Source: an uncultured Gammaproteobacteria bacterium
GTDB taxonomy: Bacteria; Patescibacteriota; Patescibacteriia; Patescibacteriales; UBA12465
Direction of reading: 5' to 3'
Assembly: GCA_964355275.1 (NCBI GenBank)
Contig: CAYHCB010000006.1
Coordinates: 9,745 to 73,744, forward strand
DNA length: 64,000 bases
The notes beneath the pieces were generated by a model, which saw only the letters and a program-made list of their open reading frames with translations, had not been told where the DNA came from and did not search any database. Position 1 is the first letter of the stretch; every line of letters starts with the position of its first letter. Of the stretch, positions 47,552 through 57,179 are shown one piece after another. The translations under genes and the position numbers were made by a program.

Positions 47552-48769
47552 ATGAAAACACTAAACATTAACCCAATTATTGCGACTTATCTGCTATTTA
47601 ACGGCTTATTTTCGTTCGCCATCTCCTGCTCATTTGTCACCTATGTACCATTTCTTGCAGAAAAAGGAATGAATCTGTGGCAAATAAATCTGATTAATGC
47701 TTCCTTCATGTGCTCTATTGTCCTGGCGGAAATGCCTACTGGTAGCTTCGCTGATCGTTTTGGCAGACATCATAGTCTGGCAATTAGTTGTTTTTTACTA
47801 GCGGCTAGTTTTCTAGTTTACTATTTATCTAACTCCTTCTATTTATTCATTTTAGCCGAATTAATTGGCGCCATTGGCCAAACATTTTCCTCTGGAGCAG
47901 CCGAAGCTTGGTTAGTTGATTCTTTAAAAAAAAGAGACGAACAACACTTAGAAGATAAAGCTTTTAGACAGGAGGCGGTCAGCAAACCAATCGGAACGAT
48001 TGTTGGTTGTCTGTTGGGTGGTGCTTTAGGAGGTGTAGACTTAAGTATTCCCTGGTTAATGTCGGCTTTATTTATCTTTATTACTGGCCTCTTAGCTTTC
48101 TTTTTTATTAAAGAAAATTATGCGACAGAAATGGTCGCTAATCGGAAAAATAGTTTAAGTAAACAAATAAATGAGGCTTGGCATTACGGCGTTAAAAATA
48201 AAGAATTACTCTATATTATGGGATTCGGCTCTTTAATCGCTTTTTCTATCCAAGCACTTAACATGCAATGGACCCTACTATTTAAAGACAATTACAATTT
48301 TAGTTCTTTAGAACTAGGATACTTATTTGTCGGCATTTCACTAACCGCTGCCTTAGGCGGATTATTCTCTAAACTCCTTAAAAAATGGTTTAAAAACGAA
48401 AAATTAGCCATTGTTATCCCCCAGCTTATCACCGCCTTAGCGATTATCATTTGCTCTCAGGTAAGCGGCTTATTCCTAGCTATAAGTGCTTTTTTATTAC
48501 ATGAGTTTGGGCGCGGTATTTTTAGCCCGCTTAAACAAAGCTATGTGAATAAACGCTTAGTTTCTGATAAACGAGCTACCCTTCTATCCCTAGAATCTAT
48601 GTTTATTAAATTAGGCGCTTTCTCGGGATTACTGGCCAGCGGTTTTCTAGCCGAAAACTATTCAATTAGCTGGACCTGGTTATTTTCTGGAGTATCTCTG
48701 GCGGTTGGCACTATTATTTTTATAATAAACACCAAAAAAACAGCCCCCGTCGAGATAAGGTCTGATTAA
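47552..48769 (+). CDS. MFS transporter
   Basis: 12 TM; loop 2-3 motif GSFADRFGRH. Confidence 0.85.
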   Translation: MKTLNINPIIATYLLFNGLFSFAISCSFVTYVPFLAEKGMNLWQINLINASFMCSIVLAEMPTGSFADRFGRHHSLAISCFLLAASFLVYYLSNSFYLFILAELIGAIGQTFSSGAAEAWLVDSLKKRDEQHLEDKAFRQEAVSKPIGTIVGCLLGGALGGVDLSIPWLMSALFIFITGLLAFFFIKENYATEMVANRKNSLSKQINEAWHYGVKNKELLYIMGFGSLIAFSIQALNMQWTLLFKDNYNFSSLELGYLFVGISLTAALGGLFSKLLKKWFKNEKLAIVIPQLITALAIIICSQVSGLFLAISAFLLHEFGRGIFSPLKQSYVNKRLVSDKRATLLSLESMFIKLGAFSGLLASGFLAENYSISWTWLFSGVSLAVGTIIFIINTKKTAPVEIRSD

Positions 48770-48804
48770 AAAAAAGACCCAAGAATAATCTTGGGTCCTT
48801 TTTA
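48770..48804. terminator. Bidirectional terminator
   Basis: Stem GACCCAAG/CTTGGGTC flanked by A- and T-runs. Confidence 0.65.
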
Positions 48805-48822
48805 AATATTTAAATTTAATAA

Positions 48823-49215
48823 TTAATAAAAATATTTAAGAAAATAATTAAACACGGCATAAATTATTGCTAAAGATGAAAAAACAAAAATAGCAATATA
48901 ATTCCACTTAGCCAAACTAGTACTTAGCCCTCTAAGTATATAAACTAAGGCATCTTTTTCTTCTTGATTAAGTGTTTGCCCGGACTCTATTTTAGTTGTT
49001 AAGTTTAATTTTTCAATGAGTAAATCACGACGATTTTCCACTGACCAACGATGGCCAAAAAACCAAACAAAACCGACAGTGCCTACGTACCAAGAGACAT
49101 CTAGCCAAAAAAGACTATAGTCACTGAAAACTATAACTAAACGATAAGATATGGTTGCAATAACACCAACTATAAATATTAAAATACGATAAGCAGAGTG
49201 ATTAAGTTTTGGCAT
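48823..49215 (-). CDS. Hypothetical 3-TM membrane protein
   Basis: 130-aa ORF with hydrophobic helices. No motif. Confidence 0.45.
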   Translation of the reverse strand: MPKLNHSAYRILIFIVGVIATISYRLVIVFSDYSLFWLDVSWYVGTVGFVWFFGHRWSVENRRDLLIEKLNLTTKIESGQTLNQEEKDALVYILRGLSTSLAKWNYIAIFVFSSLAIIYAVFNYFLKYFY

Positions 49216-49224
49216 ATGATTATT

Positions 49225-49755
49225 TTATATTATATAAAAATAAATTTTTTTATTATTTAAGAAAATAGTATTATCTGGTTTTAAATTGGGCAATGAAAAA
49301 GTTTGACTGATTATCTGGGTTCCCTTTTTACATTCCTTGATAATTTTATTTTCCAGCTGAATCATTATATTATTATTTAAATAGCAATAAATAATATCAG
49401 CTGTTTGTAAATTAAGTTTTAATAAATCTTTATTAAGTAATTTTATTTTGCTGCCTTGTAATTTTAATCTAAACTTATTAATAAAATAAATACTAAATAA
49501 ATTTTCAACACCAATTAATTCTGTTGTTGGATAAATAGTCTCTATTTTTCTTAAAAATCTAGCCCGCCCACAACCTATCTCATAAACAACGGCGCCATCT
49601 TTTATTTTAATTAAACTAATTATTTTAGCTATACTTTCTAATTTAGTAGAGAGAAATGGTGGATAATTAAAAAAGATAATATTATAGAATTGTGAAACAA
49701 AAAAGATAAAATAAACCAACAAAACAAAAAAGATAAAAAACAATAATACTATCAT
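49225..49755 (-). CDS. Small class I SAM-dependent methyltransferase with N-terminal TM
   Basis: Motif I VYEIGCGRARF after a hydrophobic N-terminus. Confidence 0.55.
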   Translation of the reverse strand: MIVLLFFIFFVLLVYFIFFVSQFYNIIFFNYPPFLSTKLESIAKIISLIKIKDGAVVYEIGCGRARFLRKIETIYPTTELIGVENLFSIYFINKFRLKLQGSKIKLLNKDLLKLNLQTADIIYCYLNNNIMIQLENKIIKECKKGTQIISQTFSLPNLKPDNTIFLNNKKIYFYII

Positions 49756-49992
49756 AAATATTAATCACATTTTAAAGGGTATTAAAATAAGTTTACTATT
49801 TTATTATATACCAACAAGCCAAAGATGTTAAATTTAAAAAAGAAGGTAATTTATATTATCCCCTTTCGCTAGAATGTTTAAACCGAGTAAGCAAACGGAA
49901 TTATTGCTCGTTTTTTTAAATGTAAAACTAATAAACACAAACAAAACAACCCTCTAAAAAGATGGATTGTTTAAAGTTATCTAGAAATTTAT

Positions 49993-50115
49993 TTACTTTT
50001 TCTTTTTCTTGCTTGCTCTTTCCTCAAGCATCACCCGTTTGATTTCTAAACGTTTTTTAGTTTTAGGAGAGTTAGATTTTTTACCTTTACCGACTCCTGT
50101 GGTTCGTTTTGCCAT
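49993..50115 (-). CDS. Candidate 40-aa Lys-rich basic peptide (below track cutoff)
   Basis: ATG..TAA translating to MAKRTTGVGKGKKSNSPKTKKRLEIKRVMLEERASKKKKK. No match to the small ribosomal proteins I know. Confidence 0.25.
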   Translation of the reverse strand: MAKRTTGVGKGKKSNSPKTKKRLEIKRVMLEERASKKKKK

Positions 50116-50237
50116 AAAAATATTTAATAAATAATAGTAATCTTAACCTATTTTTAAAATAAAATCAAATTAACCCTTTGTTCTCGCTTATTTTATCATT
50201 ATTTGTTTAATAATCGCCTTTTTTCTATAAGGGCAAT

Positions 50238-50267
50238 AAAAAAAATAGGTTAAAATAACCTATTTTT
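50238..50267. terminator. Hairpin terminator after the 57-aa ORF
   Basis: Stem ATAGGTTA/TAACCTAT flanked by 8 A and 5 T. Confidence 0.5.
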
Positions 50268-50293
50268 AGTAAGAGAGTAATAGAATATAACAA

Positions 50294-50467
50294 TTAGAAA
50301 CCAAGATTATTGGATTTTAAAGTTAAATCAAAAATAGTTATAAAAAAAATAATGGTTACAATAATACCAGCAATAAAGCCAGACAAAGAAGATGCTAAAA
50401 CGCGACCCAATTTCCATTTAAAATTTTTATTATCGTTAGAAACAAAATCGTCAAATGATTTTTCCAT
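50294..50467 (-). CDS. Candidate 57-aa single-TM protein (below track cutoff)
   Basis: MEKSFDDFVSNDNKNFKWKLGRVLASSLSGFIAGIIVTIIFFITIFDLTLKSNNLGF. Clean TM and its own terminator. Preferred over the antisense 50310-50504 track ORF. Confidence 0.3.
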   Translation of the reverse strand: MEKSFDDFVSNDNKNFKWKLGRVLASSLSGFIAGIIVTIIFFITIFDLTLKSNNLGF

Positions 50468-50624
50468 AAAAATTATTTTTAATAAATTAATATTTACTTT
50501 TTAATATTTAGCACTTTTATATTTTAACATATTTTATAAATATTTTCAATATTTTAAATATTTGAAATTAGCGTTTCCTATTTTTACTACCCAATAAAGA
50601 TTTTAATTTATATTTAATTAACTA

Positions 50625-51302
50625 CTACTCCTTTGTGTTATATTTTCTAATAGCCTCAATAATCTCTTTTCTAGATTGAATTGCCTCTTCTCTCTTTTTT
50701 TTATCAGTCGCTATTTCTGAATAAATATGACTAGTACTTTTTTCAACTAAAGTGCCCTCGCCAAATGGACTGCAGCCGCGACTCGGACCTTTATCTAGAA
50801 TTTCTTCACCCACTAATAAATCTGGGGTAACCGCGGCTCCAGGCTCTTGATAGCGTGATTTTATAGCTGCAAAACGAACATCTAAAAAACCATTCTTATT
50901 AAAAAACTCTTTTATAGGTAGCAAAGAGGCTCCAGTATGGATGCAAGCATCAAAAATTAAAAGCGGCTGATCTTTGGCAGTGTTTAAATCTTTATAGACC
51001 TGAGCAAATTCTTCAATAACAGCTTCATCTTCTTGATACTGAAAACCCGAAGGATTCAGAAAATAATAATTTGGCTCCTTTAAATCGGGAAAGTTTAGTT
51101 TCCAGTACTCCTTAATACCAATATAAAAATTGCGAGCTTTCCGATCAATCAAGGCTAAATTGGGAATCTTTTCTGACTTTAAATAATTCGCCACCTCTTT
51201 ACTAAAAACATAAATTTCTTCTAAATTACGTTCTTTTTTAAAGATTTCATTCTTAGCTGGGTCAGTTATTTGATTAAAATCGGCTTTAAATTCGTGAAAC
51301 AT
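50625..51302 (-). CDS. Hypothetical protein with phosphoribosyltransferase-like PRPP-loop motif
   Basis: LLIFDACIHTGASLLPI resembles the PRT acidic-hydrophobic PRPP motif. Start at ATG 51302 (MFHEFK) preferred. Confidence 0.45.
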   Translation of the reverse strand: MFHEFKADFNQITDPAKNEIFKKERNLEEIYVFSKEVANYLKSEKIPNLALIDRKARNFYIGIKEYWKLNFPDLKEPNYYFLNPSGFQYQEDEAVIEEFAQVYKDLNTAKDQPLLIFDACIHTGASLLPIKEFFNKNGFLDVRFAAIKSRYQEPGAAVTPDLLVGEEILDKGPSRGCSPFGEGTLVEKSTSHIYSEIATDKKKREEAIQSRKEIIEAIRKYNTKE

Positions 51303-51312
51303 ATTAATAGGA

Positions 51313-51486
51313 TTACATAAGTAAATACAGGTCAAAAATACCCTCTTCTTCTGTTTGGATTCTAATATTTAACACATCTACTATTTCTAATAACTCATCT
51401 TTAAAGGTTGAAGATGAGACTTTAAGCAATTCTGGTGTTTCATATTTATTTAAAAAACTTATAACTACTTTAGCTATCTCTTCCAT
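51313..51486 (-). CDS. Candidate 57-aa ORF (below track cutoff)
   Basis: MEEIAKVVISFLNKYETPELL...EEEGIFDLYLLM. Its ATG overlaps the end of the upstream ORF by 13 nt in another frame. Confidence 0.3.
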   Translation of the reverse strand: MEEIAKVVISFLNKYETPELLKVSSSTFKDELLEIVDVLNIRIQTEEEGIFDLYLLM

Positions 51487-51740
51487 TTTAAAAATAAATT
51501 TTTTAGTCTCATTAACATCCGCCCCATTTTAATTTTTTTATCTAAAAAATCAGGATAAAGTTCTTTATTCTCAAGAGCTAAATGATTAAGTAAATCAACC
51601 TTAAATTTTGCTAAAGCTGAAATTACTAACAAATCTTTTTTATCACTGATTAAATCAAAATTTTCTAAAGCTAAAGTTAAATCTTCCTTAAGCAAAATAT
51701 GCTGATTTTTTAGATTTATAATTAATTCATTGGGACTCAT
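51474..51740 (-). CDS. Hypothetical 88-aa helical protein
   Basis: Track ORF; TGATATAAT 25 nt upstream. No firm motif. Confidence 0.45.
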   Translation of the reverse strand: MSPNELIINLKNQHILLKEDLTLALENFDLISDKKDLLVISALAKFKVDLLNHLALENKELYPDFLDKKIKMGRMLMRLKNLFLKWKR

Positions 51741-51814
51741 ATTTTTTGTTATTTTAATAATATTATTATATCACATTGGTTATTTTGAAAAAAATAAAGA
51801 TAAGGTTAAATACT

Positions 51815-54502
51815 TTATTTTTTAGTATTTGATTTTACAATGAAAAAATGTTTAATAAGCTCAATTATAAAGATATTAATTATTGAGGCAATAAAGATTA
51901 AAAACCAACTGAACATAGACAGTGGAACAGTCCCAATGATTCTTTGAAGTGGGGCCCAATATATAGCTAAACATAATAAAAACAAACTCACCGCAAAAGC
52001 TCCCAGTAAATAAGGGTTGTGTCCATGTTTAATTTTATAAATTGGGATAGTTAAACTTCTTAAACTGAAAATTCCAGAAATTGATTTAAATCCTAAAAGG
52101 GTGAAGAAAAAAGTGCGTAAATAATTAATATCCCAACCAAAAAGAGCTTGATTGCTATAAAGATAGAAAAATAACATTAAAATCGCAAAATCTCTAATTA
52201 GCCCCAGCCAAATAATAATTACCTTCATTTCCCTGTTTACAATTGGTTCACTTTTTTTAAGCGGTTTAGCCGTCATGACATCTTTATCGCTATTTTCAAA
52301 AGCTAAGGAAAAATTAGGAAAACCATCATTAATAATATTAACCCATAGAATCTGCGCCGGTAAAATTGGTAATGGTGTGCCTAAAACTATCGAGCCCACA
52401 ATTAAAAATATTTCCGAAAAAGAATCAGAGATTAAATAAGTAACTGACTTTCTTATATTATTAAAAATAACGCGGCCTTCGCGTACTGCCGCCACAATGA
52501 CTTTAAAATTATCATCAAGTAAAACGATATCAGAATTTTCTTTAGCTACATCAGTACCCGAGCCCAAACAAACTCCAATATCGGCCGTTTTTAAAGCAGG
52601 GGAATCATTTAGACCGTCACCAGTCATGGCCACCACCTCCCCGTTAGCTTGCAAAGCTTGTACAATTTTTAATTTATTTTCTGGGCTAACACGAGCATAA
52701 ATATTATGGGTTTTAACCATGATTCTTAAGGCCTCATCAGTGGTTCTGTCTAATTCTTCTCCGGTAACTATATCATCTACAGTATCAGTAAAACCAACTT
52801 CTTTAGCAATCGCATGAGCTGTCAGAGGATGATCACCGGTAATAATTATCGGGCGAATACCAGCCTGACGGCACAAAGATATGGTTTCCTTAGCATCCAC
52901 CCGTAAAGGATCTTTAAAAGCAATAAAGCCAACAAATACCAAATCATTATCAATGCCCGTCCAATCTTTTGTCTCTTGTTCAATGGACCAAGGCAAGGTG
53001 TCAATCTTTTTATAGGCTAAAGCGATTAATCTTAAACCACGGCCAGTTAATTCTTCGGCTCGATTTAATAATTTAATTTGTTCATTTTTTGTTAATTCTT
53101 TAGAAACACCTTCGGCTAAATATTTAGCCGATTTAGCAATAATTCTTTCCGGGGCCCCTTTCTCGTATAAAACATAATTACCCCCAGATAAAGAATGAAG
53201 AGTGATCATGAACTTATTATCACTACTAAAAGGTAACTCACCTATCTTCGGTTCTTTTTTAAGAAGATCTTCTCTATCTATACCGATTTCTTGTCCAATT
53301 TTTAAAAGGGCGACTTCTATTGGTAGACCAATAATTTTTTCGTCATGCAAGTCATCGGCTTTTTCTAATATAGCATTATTACATAACAGACCGATTTCTA
53401 AAGTGCGAAAAAAATTAACTAACTCTTCTTTTTTAGAACGACTAGTAATATCTATTGGTGTAAGCTCTTTATCGCCAATAATAAATCTAGCAACTTGCAT
53501 TACACCTTCAGTTAAAGTTCCCGTCTTATCCGTACAAATAACAGTGACTGAACCTAAAGTTTCCACTGCTAATAATTTTCTGGTTAAAGCTTTTTGTTTT
53601 AAAATTTGCTTCATGCCTAAAGTTAAAATGACCGTCACGGCCACCACTAAACCCTCTGGCACAGCCGCCACAGCCACAGCAATCGCCGTTAAAAAGATAT
53701 CAAAAAAATTACGTCCCTGAATTAAACCAAAGATAACTATTAAAATACTAGCGGCAATAGCAATTAAACTTATAAATTTTGAAAGTTGGGAAAGGCGCAT
53801 TTGAAGAGGAGTTCGCCCCTCTTTCGTTTGACGCACCATATCAGAAATTTTTCCTAATTCAGTGTGCTGCCCTTTAGCAACCACGACTGCTTCACCGTTA
53901 CCGCTAACGACCACCGTTCCAGAATAAACCATATTTTTTCGATCGGCTAAACCTGTGTTTTCTGGTAATACTTTAGTATGTTTAAATATTGGGTTAGATT
54001 CACCAGTTAAACTAGCTTCATTGATTTGTAAATCAATACTTTTAATTACGCGGCAATCAACCGGAATTTTTTCTCCGGCACGTAAAATTAAAATATCACC
54101 GACTACAACTTCTGAGCTATTAATTTCCCGATCAACACCAGCGCGACGAACAATTGTTTTGTGTTCCACTAATTTCTTTAATTGATTTAAAGTATTGTTA
54201 GCTTTATTCTCCTGAAAAAAACCAATCACCGCATTAATTAAAACCGCACCAAAAACGATTTGGGCTTCTAGCGACCGGCCAATTGCTATAGAAATACCGC
54301 CAGCAACTAATAAAAGAATAATTAAAGGATTTTTAAATTGATTAAAAAAAATAAAAAATTTACCAAGTGGTTTAACTCCGACTAATTTATTAGGACCATT
54401 TTTTTCTAAAAGATGTCGAGCCGTTAGATCACTTAATCCTTGAGATGAACTTTTTACGTGCTCAAAACAGTCGCTGATAGAGAGATTATGGAATAACAAC
54501 AT
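51815..54502 (-). CDS. P-type (P2, Ca2+/cation) transporting ATPase
   Basis: LTGES, CTDKTGTLT, TGDHPLTA, MTGDGLNDSPALKTADIGV; 10-TM layout; 895 aa. Confidence 0.9.
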   Translation of the reverse strand: MLLFHNLSISDCFEHVKSSSQGLSDLTARHLLEKNGPNKLVGVKPLGKFFIFFNQFKNPLIILLLVAGGISIAIGRSLEAQIVFGAVLINAVIGFFQENKANNTLNQLKKLVEHKTIVRRAGVDREINSSEVVVGDILILRAGEKIPVDCRVIKSIDLQINEASLTGESNPIFKHTKVLPENTGLADRKNMVYSGTVVVSGNGEAVVVAKGQHTELGKISDMVRQTKEGRTPLQMRLSQLSKFISLIAIAASILIVIFGLIQGRNFFDIFLTAIAVAVAAVPEGLVVAVTVILTLGMKQILKQKALTRKLLAVETLGSVTVICTDKTGTLTEGVMQVARFIIGDKELTPIDITSRSKKEELVNFFRTLEIGLLCNNAILEKADDLHDEKIIGLPIEVALLKIGQEIGIDREDLLKKEPKIGELPFSSDNKFMITLHSLSGGNYVLYEKGAPERIIAKSAKYLAEGVSKELTKNEQIKLLNRAEELTGRGLRLIALAYKKIDTLPWSIEQETKDWTGIDNDLVFVGFIAFKDPLRVDAKETISLCRQAGIRPIIITGDHPLTAHAIAKEVGFTDTVDDIVTGEELDRTTDEALRIMVKTHNIYARVSPENKLKIVQALQANGEVVAMTGDGLNDSPALKTADIGVCLGSGTDVAKENSDIVLLDDNFKVIVAAVREGRVIFNNIRKSVTYLISDSFSEIFLIVGSIVLGTPLPILPAQILWVNIINDGFPNFSLAFENSDKDVMTAKPLKKSEPIVNREMKVIIIWLGLIRDFAILMLFFYLYSNQALFGWDINYLRTFFFTLLGFKSISGIFSLRSLTIPIYKIKHGHNPYLLGAFAVSLFLLCLAIYWAPLQRIIGTVPLSMFSWFLIFIASIINIFIIELIKHFFIVKSNTKK

Positions 54503-54545
54503 AAATCAAAAATTAAAAATAATAATAAAGCGATTTTATCTTTTT

Positions 54546-54554
54546 ATTATATCA
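54546..54554 (-). promoter_or_regulatory. Extended -10 promoter element for the ATPase gene
   Basis: Minus strand TGATATAAT about 44 nt upstream of the ATG. Confidence 0.4.
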
Positions 54555-54593
54555 TAATTTAATAATATAGGCGTAATAAGGCTATTTTTTAAT

Positions 54594-54622
54594 AAAAAAA
54601 CCAGGGAGATGTTCTTCCCTGG
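54594..54622 (-). terminator. Intrinsic terminator after the 54665 gene
   Basis: Stem CCAGGGA/TCCCTGG; minus strand followed by TTTTTTTA. Confidence 0.65.
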
Positions 54623-54664
54623 TCGCTAAATTGTTTTTAACCTAATAAGATTATTTGTACTGAT

Positions 54665-55228
54665 TTAAAAAATGGGATTTGAGAATTTTTTAGCTAATTG
54701 ATTAGCATCGGAGGAGCTCTTGCCGTAAGTTTGCTGAAAATTTTCAACAAGATCTTGTTCGGTCTCAAAACCGGAATAAACTATCTTCCCGTTTGCGACA
54801 ACTTTTTCAAAAATTTTGAAGAATTTTTTCTCTTTAATTAGTAGGCTCGAATCTGAATCACGACAATCAGTAATTTTGACTTGCCATGATTTCATGGATT
54901 TACCATCACCGGTGGGATTTGGCACGTTATAGTCGTTAATCATTTCGCGGGAGAATTCAACGCTTTCAGCACCGGACTTGATAATAATAAGATCTTCTTC
55001 GTCCTCATTTATTGGAAACGATACACCAGGCAAAAAGTTAAACATTACCGTGTCCCCTTGATAAGTAACCTGGCCATTAAGCAACATGGCATATTCTTCT
55101 TTGGGGTCGGCAAAACGACTAAACAGTCTTTCGGAGGCCTCATCATAAGAATAATAGGAAAAAAACGAAGCGGCGGTAATTCCACCAATTACGACAAACA
55201 TTAAAGAAACAATCATCAATCTTTTCAT
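54665..55228 (-). CDS. Hypothetical N-terminally anchored protein
   Basis: 187 aa, N-terminal TM, slightly GC-richer than neighbours. No motif. Confidence 0.5.
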   Translation of the reverse strand: MKRLMIVSLMFVVIGGITAASFFSYYSYDEASERLFSRFADPKEEYAMLLNGQVTYQGDTVMFNFLPGVSFPINEDEEDLIIIKSGAESVEFSREMINDYNVPNPTGDGKSMKSWQVKITDCRDSDSSLLIKEKKFFKIFEKVVANGKIVYSGFETEQDLVENFQQTYGKSSSDANQLAKKFSNPIF

Positions 55229-55410
55229 AGGTTTCTGGTTTAAATTGTTAAATTACTTTTTTTTATTTTCGACTAATTTCTAACTTAATTAGTATACAAC
55301 AAAATAACATAATTGTCAATTATTACAGTTGCTTAGTCATTATAAATGGCTAATATTAATTTTATTTATGAATAATTGATAAAATAATACTTAGCTTGAG
55401 TAAATAAGTA

Positions 55411-55923
55411 TTAAATATGACAATCTAAAATTAAAGAAAAACTATTATCAGAATATTGTTTTAATATTTTTTTAAATTCATCTTTCCAATTACCAGTGTC
55501 ACCTGTTGATCTTATACGTGATAAGTCTGGCAGTATAATTGAATCCGGAAACCTATCATATCCATCTACATAATTTAACAGATTATCGGTCATATCTAAA
55601 TCAAAAACATGGTAAGAATCAAAAAAATTTAATTTTTTCAAAGGTTTATCAATTTTTTTTACACACTCTGCAATCAAACCAGTTTTAAAAAGAGTGGTCA
55701 TTAGATAAACGCCTTTTTCGTCCACTCCAGATTCATAAGAACTTAGCTCTGCCAGTGATTTCGCAATTGAGTAATTATCATTCATGTCGGTGCCTGGGAT
55801 AAGACTAGCGGATTTTATTATTAAATCGGTAGGATAAGTCTTAGATTTTTCGGGCAACTTTTTTTTAATATTACTTAAAGTTTTTTGGCTAGCCTGAATA
55901 ATAACAATAGTTGTAAACTTCAT
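55411..55923 (-). CDS. Hypothetical cytoplasmic protein
   Basis: 170-aa ORF. No motif. Confidence 0.45.
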   Translation of the reverse strand: MKFTTIVIIQASQKTLSNIKKKLPEKSKTYPTDLIIKSASLIPGTDMNDNYSIAKSLAELSSYESGVDEKGVYLMTTLFKTGLIAECVKKIDKPLKKLNFFDSYHVFDLDMTDNLLNYVDGYDRFPDSIILPDLSRIRSTGDTGNWKDEFKKILKQYSDNSFSLILDCHI

Positions 55924-56000
55924 AGATTAATTATTTATTATTAAAAATAAATTTAAAAATTAAATAAGCGAAAAATTAATTAAAATAATGCCCAAGCAGC

Positions 56001-56783
56001 TTATTTATTTAATTTAGAAACTCTTACCGGCAACGGAATAAAAACACTAGTTCTTTTTTTATACTCTAAAAACTCTGGATTTTCTGCCATTTTCTTTTCA
56101 AGCAACGGAATACCAGAAATCTTAAGAATTAAAATTGTTATAGTAAGTGGTCCAATAACACTTAACCAAGCGTTTGGTGTATTAACTGCAATTAACCATA
56201 GACCCCACCACTGTGCTACTTCACCAAAATAATTAGGATGCCTGGTATATCGCCATAAACCATTTTGCATCAAATGACCTTTGTTAATTGGATTTAAAAT
56301 AAAACTCCTTAGTTGGGCATCTCCAACTACTTCAAAGAAAAATCCTGTTAGCCAAACCAATATACCAAGGCCATCGATAAAATTAAGATCTGCGCCGGTA
56401 TTTTTGTTAATAAATAATACGGGTAATATAATTAAATATAAAAGTGCTCCTTGAAGAAGATAAATTTGTAAATAAGAACGAATATAAAACCAACTTCCCC
56501 ATTCTTTTCGCCAAGCTAAATATCTATAATCTTCAGTTTTTCCTTTATTGCGACTATGAATATGCCAAGCGAGACGAAGCCCCCAGATACTAACCAAAAT
56601 ATTTACCAAAAGACTTCTGATACTAAAATTTTCGGCCAAAAAAAATGATAACCAGGCTATAAGCATAAAACCAATGCCCCAAGCAATGTCAGCTACATCA
56701 TTTCTTTTTTTAAATAAAGAAAGAATAAACCAAAAACTCATGTAAACAAAAAGTGCGCTGGCTAAAATTATATAATAATTCAT
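56001..56783 (-). CDS. DUF1295 (steroid 5-alpha-reductase/ICMT-like) membrane protein
   Basis: RYTRHPNYFGEVAQWWG block; about 7 TM. Confidence 0.8.
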   Translation of the reverse strand: MNYYIILASALFVYMSFWFILSLFKKRNDVADIAWGIGFMLIAWLSFFLAENFSIRSLLVNILVSIWGLRLAWHIHSRNKGKTEDYRYLAWRKEWGSWFYIRSYLQIYLLQGALLYLIILPVLFINKNTGADLNFIDGLGILVWLTGFFFEVVGDAQLRSFILNPINKGHLMQNGLWRYTRHPNYFGEVAQWWGLWLIAVNTPNAWLSVIGPLTITILILKISGIPLLEKKMAENPEFLEYKKRTSVFIPLPVRVSKLNK

Positions 56784-57178
56784 AAACCAATTTTAGTAGC
56801 TATAAAATAAGTAATCACTGAGACAGACGCTGCTAAAGTTGTTCCCCAGAGCAAATCAACAAATGTCACTAAAATAGGCCAATTTGAAATAGTGGCTAAA
56901 TTAGTTAAATCATAAGTTGCATAAGTAATTAAGCCAAATAGCGCCCCTAATAAAAGTGCTTGTTGCCAGGAATTTTTATCAAGCGCTGGAGTGATAACAA
57001 ATAAAACTAAACCAACGATGAAAATTAAGTAAAAAATTATGGCTGCCGTCCAATTAACATTTGTCTTCATTAAAAAGCCGATTTGTTTAGAATAGAAACC
57101 TTTAGCGACTAAGCCGAGCCAAATCATATCAATAGCCAAAAAAACTGGTAAAGCAATAAGATAAATTTTTATAAACAT
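56780..57178 (-). CDS. DUF2177-like membrane protein
   Basis: 132 aa, 4 TM, YDLTNLATISNWP...VDLLWG. ATGA overlap with the downstream gene. Confidence 0.6.
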   Translation of the reverse strand: MFIKIYLIALPVFLAIDMIWLGLVAKGFYSKQIGFLMKTNVNWTAAIIFYLIFIVGLVLFVITPALDKNSWQQALLLGALFGLITYATYDLTNLATISNWPILVTFVDLLWGTTLAASVSVITYFIATKIGL

Positions 57179-57179
57179 A

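Noticed and set aside
50310-50504. 64-aa plus-strand track ORF
   Set aside because: The translation is low-complexity with no terminator. The opposite-strand 57-aa ORF has a clean TM helix and its own terminator.
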